From: Perna viridis
Taxonomy: Eukaryota
Assembly: GCA_037379345.1 (NCBI GenBank)
Contig: CM074520.1
Span: forward strand, 3,782,001 to 3,846,000
DNA: 64,000 nucleotides
Direction: 5' to 3'
Each line of letters begins with the position of its first letter. Position 1 is the first letter of the stretch. Position numbers and translations under genes: made by a program. Below, one piece after another: positions 13,788 through 27,490 of this stretch. The notes below the pieces were generated by a model that saw only the letters and a list, made by a program, of their open reading frames with translations, did not search any database and was not told where the DNA came from.

Positions 13788-13965
13788 CAGTGAAACTTGT
13801 CTAAACCAGACCCCCTTTTGGACTTTAAAATTGGGTTGGTTTATACAGGTGTTTGGTTTGCCAAGGTTCAAAATACATTTTTAATTGATATGAAAAAGCT
13901 TTGAAATCATTTAGTTTTGACAGGTGTATGTAGTATTCAATGTTCTGTTTAGACAGATTTCAGTG
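13788..13965. mobile_element. 178-bp Tc1/mariner/pogo-type MITE
   Basis: TA on both flanks. TIR CAGTGAAACTTGTCTAAAC versus CACTGAAATCTGTCTAAAC (16/19). Confidence 0.7.
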
Positions 13966-13977
13966 TATATGTATCAT

Positions 13978-14036
13978 TAAGCAGCCCAGTCCATGGTAAG
14001 CAGCCCAGTCCATGGTAAGCTGTCCAGTTCATGGTA
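13978..14036 (+). repeat. 3 x 19-bp tandem repeat
   Basis: Unit taagcagcccagtccatgg. Confidence 0.85.
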
Positions 14037-14910
14037 TGGTCACAGAGCCATTTGTCCCAATAATCTATGTCCATCAACTCTGAAGATCAAGTTTCTATAA
14101 ATTATGGGGTCATAATCCAGAACTATTATATCTTGTTGTACAGTGTACAAAGAAAAATGTTGGAAGAAATACAATTAACACTAGTACTAGTTTTAGGTTA
14201 AATGTAAAGTGAATTTTTAGATCAAACTTTCAACCTTCCTGAATCATGTTTAATTTCAAAGTTTCTCTGTGTCATACAAGTAAACTGGTAAATAAATGAT
14301 TTTCATTATAAAAAAAAACAAAAAAAATAAACATCAGATATTTGGGATTGTATTTTCCTCCTCACCAACATAGTGAAAGTGTTAATGATAATGATGTTAT
14401 TAACAATATTGGATATGCATTGGATGTGTATTGGGTATTTTTCACTTTTAAACAGCTTTTCTACATGTTCTTTCAAATCAATATTTTGGGTGTGTCTTTT
14501 AATTGATAAGTCATGTATTTTATTTGATAATGTATCAGGGCTCTTCAGTGTTCCTCATTAGAGTGTATTGATAAATTGATATAACATTTAATTACTATAA
14601 ATGTTATCAATGATATTTTTAAAGGACTGTGGAAACATGTGTTCAGGATAAACTATAATTATTTGAAATCATCCCATATATAGATGTGGGTTGATTGTTG
14701 GGTGACTTGATAAAAATACCCGAAATAGGGGCTGATGGAAATGTTGGAAGATAATCATACTAGGAATGTATACTTCAGGTTTGTTTTCTCTCTTAGGCTT
14801 ACAGAAAAGGCTATGTTGTGTTACTGTTTTAAATTCATGAGCTTGATATTATTATAAAACTGGATATATCTCCAAATAAGGTTTCAAATGTTTTATGACT
14901 CAGATATCAG

Positions 14911-15645
14911 ATTATCACATGACATTTTTGATATCACATGTATTATTAGCCCAAGGTTTGATATTGGCCCAAGAGCCGCAGGTTCGAGGGCCAATATCAA
15001 CCAAGGGCTAAAAATACATGTGATATCAAAAATGTTATGTGATGTTCTTTTTATCATATGCTTTACAATAGGAGTGCAAAATAAGGCTATTAAATCATAC
15101 ATTTTGAAAACACCAAAAAAATATAATATTTATTTTTCAACAATTTAATAATAATGGGATAATAACAGATATTTGATGTTGAAACTTTTAATGTTTATTT
15201 ATGTGAATTGTCATGAATTTAACTTGAAAAGTTAATTGTTATATATATCCAGTCACTTGTGCCCCAGAAAACATATTTACTATCTTGTCTTTCATATTGT
15301 CATTGAACACTTCAAGCCAACGCAATAGCACTTTCATATCACTCACAGTTTTACGTTTTGTATTAATATTCTTCATAGACTCTATATATTCCATGGTATT
15401 GTCAATCTCTATTTCCATCATACCCAGCTGTTCGTTGCTAGATGCAATATTGTAAACAAAAACGATAATTGCCGTGTGTTTACAGAAAGGGGTGTAATAT
15501 CATTTACGGAAAGTTATGTAATATCATTCCGAAGCGTGTAGTAACATTTTGATATCAGCCTGCTTAGATATCAAATTTTTGGCCCTAAAACTTTCTTTAT
15601 TATACAGGAAGAAATGATACTTATTTTCTATAATTATGTGATAAT
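14911..15645 (-). mobile_element. Non-autonomous Crypton-like (tyrosine recombinase) element with a long terminal hairpin
   Basis: 10-bp inverted ends attatcacat/atgtgataat. Inverted repeat with arms of about 57 bp at 14914-15043. The minus ORF 15239-15421 has KNINTKRKTVSDMKVLLRWL, resembling the N.NT..KT..D.....W N-terminal motif of Crypton/DUF3504-associated proteins. Confidence 0.55.
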
Positions 15646-16740
15646 GAGTATTTATCATAGCCTAATCTGTCAGTAGCTGAGGAGAATACAGGATTTCTAG
15701 TTAGGGGTGGTGGAAATTAAATTAAAGGTAAAGTAAATCGAAGCAAGAGCAATTAATGAAAAATCCAGAAGTATTGCAAAAAAAAAAAGTTTTTTCCTAA
15801 ATTGAAAGGCTCTGTGATTGAATGCTTAATTCCATCAGTCAGCATCTGAGTTGAACATTGAGATTTGGAGACGAATGGTTTGATGGATTTCTTTACTTAC
15901 CAGTTAAAACAGTAAATTCAATAATTTATTTCAAAATTATATGTACCTTTTTTGGTGTTTTGTGAATGTTTCCATTGTGTTTAGGAGTTTGACGTACATG
16001 TATGAGACCACAAGCGAATAAACCCTAAACTGTAGATCTTAAAGACTCCCTCTTTGATTGCCATAGATTCCATTCTCATCAACCTGCCAGACAGTGTCCT
16101 CCACTCCTTAACAAATAATGAATGAAATCTATAATATAGATCTGAACCTGGATACTGTTTGGTGTATTAGTCTGTATTGATCAACATTTTTCTGATGAAT
16201 ATTTCAGGGTTTTGCATTTTTAATGGAGAATTTGCGTAATTTGATGACCTAATATATACTATTACAAAGTCAATAGAATGTTCAATGTCAGCAAAACTTA
16301 CTAACAATTTGTTATTTGTCTCATGGCTAGTTTAAGCCTTTGCTTTTATGTCTTTCATTATATAATATTGTCTGTCTGCCTACATGTATTATGATAACTT
16401 AAGAATGTTTCAAATGAGGTAAAAAACTTGTGCAAAATATTTGTCATGATTTATGAGTTGCTCTCTTACTCCTAAACAACTCGTGAGATTTTGATGAAAT
16501 TTTACAAGACGATTACCTCAAAGAAGTATAAGTATTTTCCAATACATTCCAAGGGAGATAACCAAACTTAAGGATTTTATGTGTCTAAACCTTGAAAGGG
16601 TGACTCCTCTCAAACCACTGAAGGAATTTTGATGAAATTTTTTAGGAAGGTTAGATACTGTATGTAGATGTGGAATAAGGAAGTTATTGTCTGATTCCTC
16701 CAAATTAATTATTGTCACTTCGAAGATCTATTATTTACTA

Positions 16741-17111
16741 AGAGTAATCAAGGGAACCAAGGTTACAGTGATAATCAAAGAGTAATCAAGGGAACCAAGG
16801 TTACAGTGGTAATCAAAGAGTAATTAAGGGAACCAAGGTTATAACAGTAATCAAAGAGTAGTCAAGGGAACCAAGGTTATAGCAGTAATCAAAAGAATGT
16901 AATCCAGGGACAAAGACCAGACATGGAAAACATACACAACAAAGAACATAAAGTAACTATAATCATACATACAAAGTAACAAAAGCAAATGAGCAACTCG
17001 GACTCCACAAAAAACTGGGAGTATGGACTAGGTGCACCGGTAGGGTAAGCGTTCTCTGCTTTTCTAGAAACACCCGCTGAGTTGCTCATAAAAAGTTAAG
17101 TTTGTGGTAGA
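16741..17111 (-). mobile_element. Penelope-like element 3' fragment, copy B, with its terminal 38 bp in four tandem copies
   Basis: High identity to copies A and C. The 38-bp units start at 16741, 16779, 16817 and 16855. Confidence 0.85.
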
Positions 17112-18484
17112 ACATAATGAAGTAGTGTCTATGCAGTCACAGCCTGTCATAAGTATTTGCTGGTCTCTCAAATGATTTATAATAAACAACTTGTTCTCTC
17201 CTGATGTACCTCACTTTTACTGCATGAAGATTGTAGACCAAAGAAAAGAATTCCATTACATTCCAGAAGGTTGAGGTTGATGAGTACAGCCAAAGTTAGG
17301 GCATCTTTATCTAGTGGTCAGCCTGATATCTAGTCAACCACCAACATTCCTAAATATTTGATTATATAAACTGAAGGTATTTAAGGGATTAATAAGTAGA
17401 AATTGATAAATCATTTGTCTGGCCAAACATTCCTTCCCTGTGGTAACATATTTGATACTGCTCCTCTTAAGAGTAAAGCTTGATATTGACTTTTTGTCAA
17501 TAAATGCAACTTCTCTGTCAATATCTTTTGATAACTAACTGAACATATTTTGTTCATGTAATGTAAGAAATATTTTATTATTTTGTATCCTTGAATTTGT
17601 AGAAAACTCTAATGGATGGATAGCATTGTAGACACTCATAGAATATTCATTAATAGGTGCAAAAATAGTTTTGTACTTCACATTTATTGATGGGAAACTT
17701 GGAGGAGAAAGACTTGAAGGGCAGTTGTAACTTATAGTAGAAAGGGCATGATTTGTTTAAGTAATAGGGTTCATTAGTTTTTTGGGACAAACAAAGTTTG
17801 TGGTAGAAAACAGAGATGCCACATGTACCCTTCACTATATCAGCCATGGCATAATATTGCTTGGGTCAGTTCCAGTTATTTATAATGGTCAGTCCAGAAG
17901 CCTCCTGAGTGGCTTGCTCAGAAATTGAATGATCTGGACCCAGGGTTCATTTTTGTTAAAAGTTTATCTGTTTTCACTTAAAAAGCACATACTTAGGTAT
18001 CAAAGGGCATGAATTACTGTTTTTTTTTATTTATTGATTTTATCTTGAAAGTTTATAGTTTTTTTTTAAGAAAATGTCATCCCTTCATGCGAGTTGTCAG
18101 TTTATAATTATTATTTAGAACTTGTAAAATTTGAATTATTTCCCTTGACTCTAGTTTTAAATTCAAGTATAAGTAATTTGATCACTGCCAATATCTGAGA
18201 ACATGATATTTTCCCAAATCTATGACAACCAGGTAGATTCAGGTGATGGCAGGTATTAGTAAAGAATTTCAGTCACTTGTACATTTTCTATTTACAGTGT
18301 ATACAAACTTTGATAAAGTACATTATTATCCATGCAAATGTCCGGGTTGTTTAGATTATCTGGGGTTCCATTCTCTGTTGACATGAAATAGTGAATAGAA
18401 CTGAAAGGTAATTACCCGAAATGTCAGACTAGGAATTTGATCGGAAAAATATCGTGATTATGTTACGCACAGTTGTTGTACATC

Positions 18485-18655
18485 ATGTCACGTAGAATTT
18501 TCAGGCCTTTGGTGCAATTCTCGCTATCATTTCTTGTACTTTTGAAGTTGATAAAGTTTGATGCTGTAACCCTCATTGATATTATTGCTCCTCTGATACT
18601 GTTGACTGTTTTTGGAATGACTTTTGGGTTATCAAATGCAGAACTGGTGGACTAA
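18485..18655 (+). CDS. Candidate small ORF/uORF, 56 aa, two hydrophobic segments
   Basis: atcATG start. Translation MSRRIFRPLVQFSLSFLVLLKLIKFDAVTLIDIIAPLILLTVFGMTFGLSNAELVD. Lies in a CpG-retaining patch upstream of the donor at 18939. Confidence 0.3.
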   Translation: MSRRIFRPLVQFSLSFLVLLKLIKFDAVTLIDIIAPLILLTVFGMTFGLSNAELVD

Positions 18656-18921
18656 GGGGAACCATCTTCTAATCGACAACTTGTCTATAACTAATGAAAC
18701 TTTCACAAATTCTTTTTAACATTCCATTGTGCTCCTTCTTTTTTTTCCTCATTTGATTGACTATTGGTATATCCTTTATGTTTTTAGATGTCAACAAGAG
18801 ACTTTAGCTCATATTTTCCTAGATTAAATACGGTATTATTTGAATTTGGAATTATTTTGGATTGAAGAAAAAAGTGAAAAAATTATTTATAAAACTTACT
18901 AAGAGGGTTATTCATGCCGTC

Positions 18922-18938
18922 ATGACTAGGGAGGGTCA
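18922..18938 (+). CDS. Candidate alternative first exon, coding tail MTREG-(Q/H)
   Basis: gccgtcATG start, CA|gtaagt donor with full intronic consensus, phase 2. CpG-retaining region upstream at about 18340-18530. Confidence 0.45.
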
Positions 18939-21900
18939 GTAAGTTTCCTTAACTTTTGTTATCCTACTAGTCCTACCCATTAGCCATGCCCACATGATTA
19001 ACCCCCTTAGTCTTACAAATTTATTTTTGGTCATTTTCTTAATTCCAGAATAATTCCAAATTCAAACAATACCTTGTTTTCAATGATGTATTTTTGAAAT
19101 TTAAGATGGCAGCAGATGTATTTTCATATTCTATTTATATTGTTAACCTATCCAAAGGGAAGGTGGATAGTTAAGTGTCAATATATTGAAAATGAAAGGT
19201 TGAAAGTTGACGTGCTTGCTAGACAGTTACACATTTATGTATACCACAGGCAATACAATACATGCATTGGAATCTTATATTGATATCTAATGTTTTTTTT
19301 TTATGTAGGTGTCCACAAGACTGTCAGCAATAATCACATACTATGTGTTCATGGGTTGTTAACATTAGAACCACGTCAAGAACATATGGTGTTTATGAGT
19401 TGTTGCCCTTTGAACCATGTGTCCAGAACTTATTGTATACATGAGTTGCTGCCCTTAGAATCACATGTTGAGAAATCGCGTGATCTGATGTGGTGTGACA
19501 TGAGTTTGTAACTGTCTTGTAAAACTATTTATACTCATTAGCACCAGGAAAAGGTGTACATCAATCATTTGACATTACACACAGAATGAATACACATTTT
19601 TACCTGTCATATTTACCTGTCCACATTGATTGATTTATGCCAATATGCAGCAATTCATTGAAAAATCTGATGAAATGCATGTGATCTTCTTTCCTGTTTC
19701 ATTGAGAAATTATGTAAAAAGTATGTTTAGTAAATGGCATTTATTACGAACTTTTGTAACAATGTCACAGGTTGACAGCAACATTAGGAAGGGTAAATCT
19801 AGAAAGCTATTTTAGATATGCCTTTACATCTGTTTGTTTGATAATTGATCATAAGAGAGCAGAACATTGCAGTGTAAAATGACTTAAATGTTACAACTGA
19901 AATAAAATGGAATTATTTTTTCCAGCTGAATGTGTTTTTTTAAGAAATAGTTCTCAATATGGTTTAAAGTCTGCAAGTGACTATAGTTAGATAGTATGTA
20001 ATTACAATTCTACCATGGATTTTGCAGGACGTTCTGAATGGTCAAAATATAGGGACTTATGATCTGCTTCAACAACAAGGAAAATATCAATTTATTTTTA
20101 GGGTATATTTTGATAGTCCTAGTATATGTTCATATGTTCTTCATATTCCTCTGTAACTTTTATGGTTTTACTGATTTTTCATCAGGTCAAGTGCAGTTTT
20201 CCCAGACTATCTTAATGCATTTTTACCTGATTGTTCAGGTACAGCTGTTTTAAAATTGACATGAGGTTAAGGGTACAATAAACTGTATGACATGTCAACA
20301 ACAAAACATTCTCCTCTCAGATAGCCATCTTAATTCATAATGTCACATGGTTTAAAATGCTATTGTTCAGCATATGCCTTTTTGTACTGTACTTTTAAAG
20401 TATGGAACACTGTTCAGGGCATGTTTCTGGTGATAATAACATCTCAGTTTTTGATATTCTGATGAATAATGTTAATGTTAATCTCTTTCAATGTATGAAT
20501 TAGAGGAACGATCTCTAAGAAACCTGTTTTTTGGGGTGTTGAAATTAGAATATATGACTTCTTAGAAATTATCCCTTATTCCATTGGCTGGTAAGGAAAG
20601 TGTGAGAAAAGTTAATAATTATTTTTTTCTCAAAACTGTCGTAAGCTTATTTTGTATTATATAAATTGTTTATCATTCAAGTCTGTTGGTATATTGAAAT
20701 AATTTTCAGTAAAGAATTCATGGAGTAAATTGACCAATTATTTCTTTTGTTCACAAGCAATCAAAATTTATCGACCTTATTATCCTTATGTCCCATCCCT
20801 TTTTCATTTCATCATCATTTCATGTTCATTTTATCATCCCTTTCATGTTCATCGTCTGAATATAGCTAAAATATTGCTGCTCGGACATTAAACCTCATCA
20901 ATCAATCAATCAATCTTTTGTTCACAATCCTGTCTATTGCAGATCATTGAACCCATGTCTTCACTATAACAGGCATGACAGGGTTAGCATTTCACTGTCC
21001 ATCCTTTAAGGACAGTTAATCTTCTGGCCTGAGAATGACCTTTAATCAATACCTGACCAGAATACCTGACAGGTATATATGACAAATTACCTGTAGACAA
21101 TTAATTGATACTTCACTTACCAATCTGAAAATCTACTGCAGTTTCTTAAGATACTAAAAACAGTAGGGATCTAAATAAAGCCTTCAATCACATACTCTGT
21201 CAAATCAATTGTTAAACTAATACAGGTTTGTTTCATTTACTGGCAGGAATTTTGTGTTTTTAGATCCTGTAAAAGTAATAATGTTTGTGGTGTACTAGTT
21301 TTTGCTATTTTCGTGGTAAATATTTAATTGGGAAAAATAGCACCTGCAAAATAGACTTTTAACACTATATAAAAATAATAATTTTTTGAAACTGTAAAAA
21401 TATGTTCACTTTGACAGAATCCACAGAAATTAGCAACCACAGAAGTCAGTACATTTACAGTCTGCTTTTTAGGAATACTTATATCACATTACTGTTGGTA
21501 TTCCTCTAAGTTTCTGGTCATTTAGCTGACGTCACAATTATATTACACCAAATCTTATACAGAAAAATAAAAGTATGCATTAAAAAAGCTTCGTGTTACT
21601 TGGTTTCTTCTAATGGCATTATAGAACTTCAGGAATTGAAAAAAAAAGAAACCGATATATGTACATGACAAAAGTAATCCTAAAAGAAAACAAGAGTGTA
21701 TAATATAGAATTTAGCAGGGAGTTCCTACTGTAACAGTATACTTCTACAATGTAATAAGCACCTGTGTAATTGATTGCAAATTATCCATATAGTTCATGG
21801 ACATGACCAATTGGCTTTTATTGATGGAAACCCTTGAACAGCAATTAACCTGAGTTTTACTTATACTACCAGACAACTACTTTATTGATGAGCAGACATC

Positions 21901-22126
21901 TACACACCTGATGGTTCAGTTAATTAAGACTGTTATCTTACCTAGCCTATGCTTTGAAGAATAGCCTTCTGCAACTCACCTGTGAAATCTACAAAGGTTA
22001 ATCGCAGCATTTGATCGGGTTTAACTGCTAATTAGATCAAGATAGCCAGAATTGTATGCTTCCTGTCGTAACAGTTCCAAAGTTTTAAGTCTTGGTTGTA
22101 TTTGTAATGTACATGGTTGTGTCACA

Positions 22127-22170
22127 ATGAAGGATTTAAAATTCCTGAATTGTATGTCCTCTAAGTCAAG
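22127..22170 (+). CDS. Candidate alternative first exon (MKDLKFLNCMSSKS-R)
   Basis: acaATG start, AAG|gtaaag donor, phase 2. A few CpGs upstream at 22000-22070. A strong acceptor at 22267 could compete. Confidence 0.33.
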
Positions 22171-23732
22171 GTAAAGTTATTCTGTCTGTTCGTTCTGTGA
22201 TTTGTCATGTTTTTTTCACTGTCAGTTGTAAACTTGTGCTTCATAATGTTTTTTTTTTTCTCCACAGTTGTTAATTCTGTGTCTTTGGTGTTGTTTCAGT
22301 TAATATAGAATATTGTTTAGTCTTCATAGTTATTAATCCTACATTGTTTTTTGCTTTTGTTTCAGTGTAGATTTCTTGTTGATATTTTGTATTACTAAGA
22401 CATAGTGCTTTTTACATGATACTGTTATTCTCATGTGCTGGCGAGTCATTGTTTTTTTTTTCAGTCATTTGGAGACCTTAAAAGATCAACTTGGATACTT
22501 TCTTTGGATTACATTATTATCCTTAAAATGCAAATTTGAAAATAACAACCTGTGTTAGCATCCCAACAATGTTCTTTGTAGGATGTTTATATTCATTTAC
22601 ATGGGATATCCTCGGCTAGTGTCGACATATTCCTGTTGATGGGACTGCCATCACTCTAACTAGTTATGTTTACAACAATTTCCCAAGGTGACATCTTGTT
22701 TTGTTAAAAATCTGTTAGTTTTAAAAAGGTTAGTCTGTGAAAGTTTAATCCTGTTTACTGGAAGCTGGCATCAGGCTCCCTGTTATTAAAGAGCATGAAA
22801 TTTAGTACATATGTACTTAGTCACTATACAATAACTATGATATGTCCACAAAAACCTTTTCACTCAAAAATTAAGATAAAAACAATTCAGCTCAAACTAT
22901 TTTTTTTGAAGAATGATGGGTCATATATACTTTATGGATTTCATAGTGTCAAAATTTCAGAAATTAAATTGGCAATGTGATTTACTTCTTATTTTCTATT
23001 GGTTGCACGGTGATTTTTTTTAGACATAGAGATTTAGGGGTGGATGAAGACTTCTAAAATTCTTGGAGTCAAGAATAATTTTCATTCATGATTTTTACAG
23101 TGTATGGAAGATTATTATAGACATTTTCCTTTGCATTCATTTCAGTTTGAAGCAGCTTTGAGACAACCATTGCCTTAGAAAGTACCGAAACTTGTACTGT
23201 ATAAAATTGTCTCCCTTTTTAACTTACATGGATTCTTTAAATAGTACTTAACAGCTATTGTTGCAGCTGAGTATATCATGTGTTTTTACAATTGTATGAG
23301 AAAATTAAATTAAATCTCTGTGTTGATAGTTGTATTGTCCTGCCTATTGTATTTATTTGTTTATTTGTGTATGTAATACAGTAGCGGAGATCAGAGATCA
23401 AACAGCACAGTCCATGGTAAATTACCTGCCTTTTGTTTTTGAAATCTTTGATCGTTACCCATAGTTTTGTCTCTTTGTCAAAAAATATATTGTATTAGAG
23501 GTGAATTGTCCAAGTGATGAACTTTTAAAGATAGATAGTTGTTGAAGAATGAAATACTAGCTAGGTTATATTAAGATTTTTCAAATGTACTTTTTCAGTG
23601 TTATAAACAAGAATTTTTGAAAGTTTTTCATCTAGATCTTTTATAAGTTTTGAATATACACATTAATGGAATTGTTTTCTATATGCTAGTTACAATGTAA
23701 CCATTTGAAATACTATCAACAAAATTAAGTTT

Positions 23733-24160
23733 TGTGTCACTCCCCACCCTCCTATCTCTCTCTGTGTCTCTCTCCACTCTCCCATCTCGCTCTGTGTCTC
23801 TCCCCACCCTCCTATCTCTCTTTGTGTCTCTCCCCACCCTCCCATCTCTCTCTCTGTGTCTCTCCCCACCCTCCTATCTCTCTCTGTGTCTCTCCCCACC
23901 CTCCTATCTCTCTTTGTGTCTCTCCCCACCCTCCCATCTCTCTCTCTCTGTCTCTCCCCACCCTCCTATCTCTGTCTCTGTCTATCCCCACCATCCTATC
24001 TCTGTCTCTGTCTCTCCCCACCCTCCTATCTCTGTCTGTGTCTATCCCCACCCTCCCATCTCTCTCTCTGTGTCTCTCCCCACCCTCCTATCTCTGTCTC
24101 TGTCTATCCCCACCCTCCTATCTCTGTCTCTGTATATCCCCACCCTCCTATCTTTCGCTC
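23733..24160 (+). repeat. Pyrimidine-rich minisatellite, about 14 x 30-32 bp
   Basis: Unit ctccccaccctcctatctctctctgtgtct. Explains five spurious overlapping ORFs. Confidence 0.95.
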
Positions 24161-27100
24161 TACTGGTACATACACTTAGAGTATTAATTATGGCCTCTAT
24201 TTTTGTTTGTATATCTTTAACAGAGAAAATTGAAGTTTACTTCATGGTGATCTTTTGTATAGAATGAAGTGTTTCTTACTTTTCTTTTTATAATAATTGT
24301 TTAATTTAGTGTGAAAGTTATTCGAATTTGCTTTATAGCTCCTATAATTGGGTGTCCTTATCATTAAAGTGGGTTTTTGTAGCTGCTATGTGGGTATTGT
24401 TATAACATAGTGAAGATATTGAGAGTAACATTTTTAATAGGTCATTATAACATTATGGCACAATTAAATGAAATCTACATCAACTGAATACATCAAATCA
24501 AGATTTGAATCCCCCAATATTTCTGTAGGCTTCAGTTAACAGAATGTGGCCATATGTACTAACAGTTATATTGTTTTATATGGCTGAAAAAAAAGCATCC
24601 CTGTATAGCTAAACAGGTTGAACATGTGTGCATGAATTATTTGGACTCTCTACGGAGTTTTTACTGTTTAAGTATTTAATTATACTGTAAATTGATTAAT
24701 TGAGTGGTTGCTAATTTTCACACATTTTTTTAGTGAGCATATTTTTGCTGTTTTAAAGAAAGATAAGCATTTCAATTTTGTAGGTACCATCTCTCTACAG
24801 GGAAAGTGGACACAGTTAAAATTTAAGTACATTTACAGTAACTTATGTCAAGCAGTAATTTTGTTATTTTGTTTGTATTTGATCTACTATTGAAACTGTT
24901 AATGGCATTTGATTCTGAGGAAGTGGAGGTGGACATGAAGGCAAATTATGGAAGTCAAAAATCTTTCTTCACCTAATTTAGGGCAAGCTGTACTATCAAT
25001 TTTAATGTCATTGTGGACTGTAAACCAGTGACCAGAATTTTTCATTTATTTTTAAGTAGAAGTAGGCCACGAGATTATTCATTTTCATATTTTTCCAAGT
25101 CAAAAGGTATCTATTTCCAAAATCTACCTGTCCTCACTTCAGAATCTATTGAAATGGTTATCCCCTTTAAAAGTATACTGCATTTGGCTAATAATTCTCT
25201 TTTTTGTACTATTCATAATGTGTGGTCTTCCTTAAATTCTTCTTGCACATTCCATTGCATAAAAGTCTGAAGCTTTCTCATACAGGTGGCATGATTTATT
25301 CTCCAAGTCTTAAACTACTGCCCTTCAAAGAAAACATTTCAGTGGGTGTCTAGAACTGTCATATGTCACTGTGACAGAGCTGTTATTGTATGGAGAATTA
25401 TTTTGAACAGTTTTATTTTGGTGAAGGAATGATCATCATGTTCTATTAAAGGCTTTATGTATAAGTTAAGGGTGATGTACTGGTAGAAATATGGAGATGA
25501 TAGTTTAGGCAAGGGCATAAAGGTCATGCCTGTTTTACTGGACTCTTAATATTTGTATAAGTGGTTTATATGATTTGGAAGAGTTAAGGGGGTTATCAAG
25601 GGTCCTGAAGCTTTTGATATAGATGCTTTACATCTGAACTGTTAGATTGACTGAATGTTCTATACAAGGGGTGAATACTAGAATAAGTTAACTACTGGTA
25701 CTAAGATTTCTTCTAAGTGTGATTGCTACAAATCATTGGTGTCCATATATAGAAAACAATGTTTGTAGTCTAACCCTAAGAACTACACTGACATTTAACC
25801 ATAAGGTCATTGTAAAGATGTCAATTTTTGGTCTGAGACACAGGTGGAATTGCTGATAAATTAACAGAGACCAAGAAAAAGGAAGAAAATATTATCAGTT
25901 TCTACTATTTAAGGTGATTCTTTGAGACTTGATTTAGATGATAAATAACTCTATTTTAATTCTATTGCTTAGATAGTGATACCAGTTTTTAGTAACCATG
26001 TTTAATGTATCCATAGCAAAGACTCTACCATCAGTTGTGACCCTACAGAATGACATTGACATGAATTCATATTAACATGTACAATTCTTTGGTTTTTGTA
26101 CATGTAATTCAGATGACTAATCAATGATAATGGATTCTTTTGTTATTATGTAAGACAGAATATTATTGCAAGGTCATATAAGGTCAGACTTGGTGGCTGT
26201 ATCATTATTCATATGTTTTTACATGTTAATATTTGGTGAATTATTTTGATATTTGTTCATTGAATATTTCCTGAACTACATACTTTTGAAGTTTTTGTCA
26301 TATTATTAATTTTTACCAATAATTAAGTCCTTTTTGTGCTTAACAATGTGGTCATATAACTTTGAAAAATTTTATACTTTTCTGTAGAATTATTTTGCCT
26401 ATAGATATGAAATGTTTTACTGACATGGTGCTAACATCTCACCAAATTGTTAAAATTCTCAATTTTATCTAATCGAAAGTTAATTAGTGACCTAATTAGT
26501 TATTTTGTAAGTCCTGGTATTCAAACAATTTAGACAAAACTGTGATAGAAAGGTCTGACGAAACATATTCTCTAAAATGTTACCATTGTAAAGTGTAGGA
26601 TTTCAAAATCTGCAACAGTGCATTGTTGTGAATGGCAGTTTGTTCCTTGCCCTAGATTTACTTGGTTTGTTCTTTTGATTATAGACATGTTCTTTTAAGG
26701 CTATGGTAAAGTATAACAAAGACATTGAAAGTGTAAAATATCTTCTTTTGTTGTGTGAATGGTTGGCGTTTTGATTATATGTGGTGATCTTAATGACCTG
26801 TTTACACAAAAACAACAAAACTCGTCTTGTTGAACACCATCTCGTTTAACTATCATAAAATCTTGGTCTTCAGCCCTATAAATCTGAACAAATGATTTCT
26901 ATACCAAAAATATTCACATATTACAATTTGCAGTTAGATATTTGTCTTTGATAGTATTTACATGTGGAACAAATGTTTACAAAGAATTGTGATATGGGGG
27001 TCCAAAAATTAATAATAGGGATTTAATTGTGAGCAAATACTGATTTTTGAAATCTAATAAAAGCTTTTCAGTGGTAAAAGTTTGACACTTTTACTCGAAA

Positions 27101-27309
27101 AAGTTTTAGTAAAATGAGATTAGATTTAAGATTTGAATGACTGAACGGTATAATGAATGTGTTATTATTGCCTGTTTCTACCAAGAATGACTACTGATTG
27201 AGGTTTTAATGTCATGTGATGGACACTTGATTCTATTGTTACCAATCTGAAGGAAGATACAAGCTATGAAGTTTCATTCACCTTATAGTGTTTGTTAATT
27301 GAATAGATA

Positions 27310-27490
27310 CTTTTGTCACGGTTGGGCCTGACACAATTGGGCAGTTGGAATTCTTTTCTGTACTTTAAATTCTTCTTTCACCTGGGACGGGGAAGTGAAA
27401 TATTGGCCGATTTCTCAAGTTATTGTAAGATTGACAGTCAGACTAGTTAGGGTTGTTGTTTCCGTAGCGGTCAAGGTTTGCGAAATTAGT
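27310..27490 (+). promoter_or_regulatory. Promoter-like CpG-retaining patch upstream of the 28053 exon
   Basis: Several CpGs in an otherwise CpG-poor intron. GGGACGGGGAAGTG (GC-box/ETS-like) at 27384-27397 and ATTGG (reverse CCAAT) at 27402. Confidence 0.35.

Noticed and set aside
19309-19511. Strong acceptor followed by an ORF
   Set aside because: The phase-2 frame stops after 7 codons. The longer frame is made of degenerate gagttgytgccctt repeats.
23690-24267. Five overlapping repetitive ORFs
   Set aside because: Artefacts of a stop-free CT-rich minisatellite.
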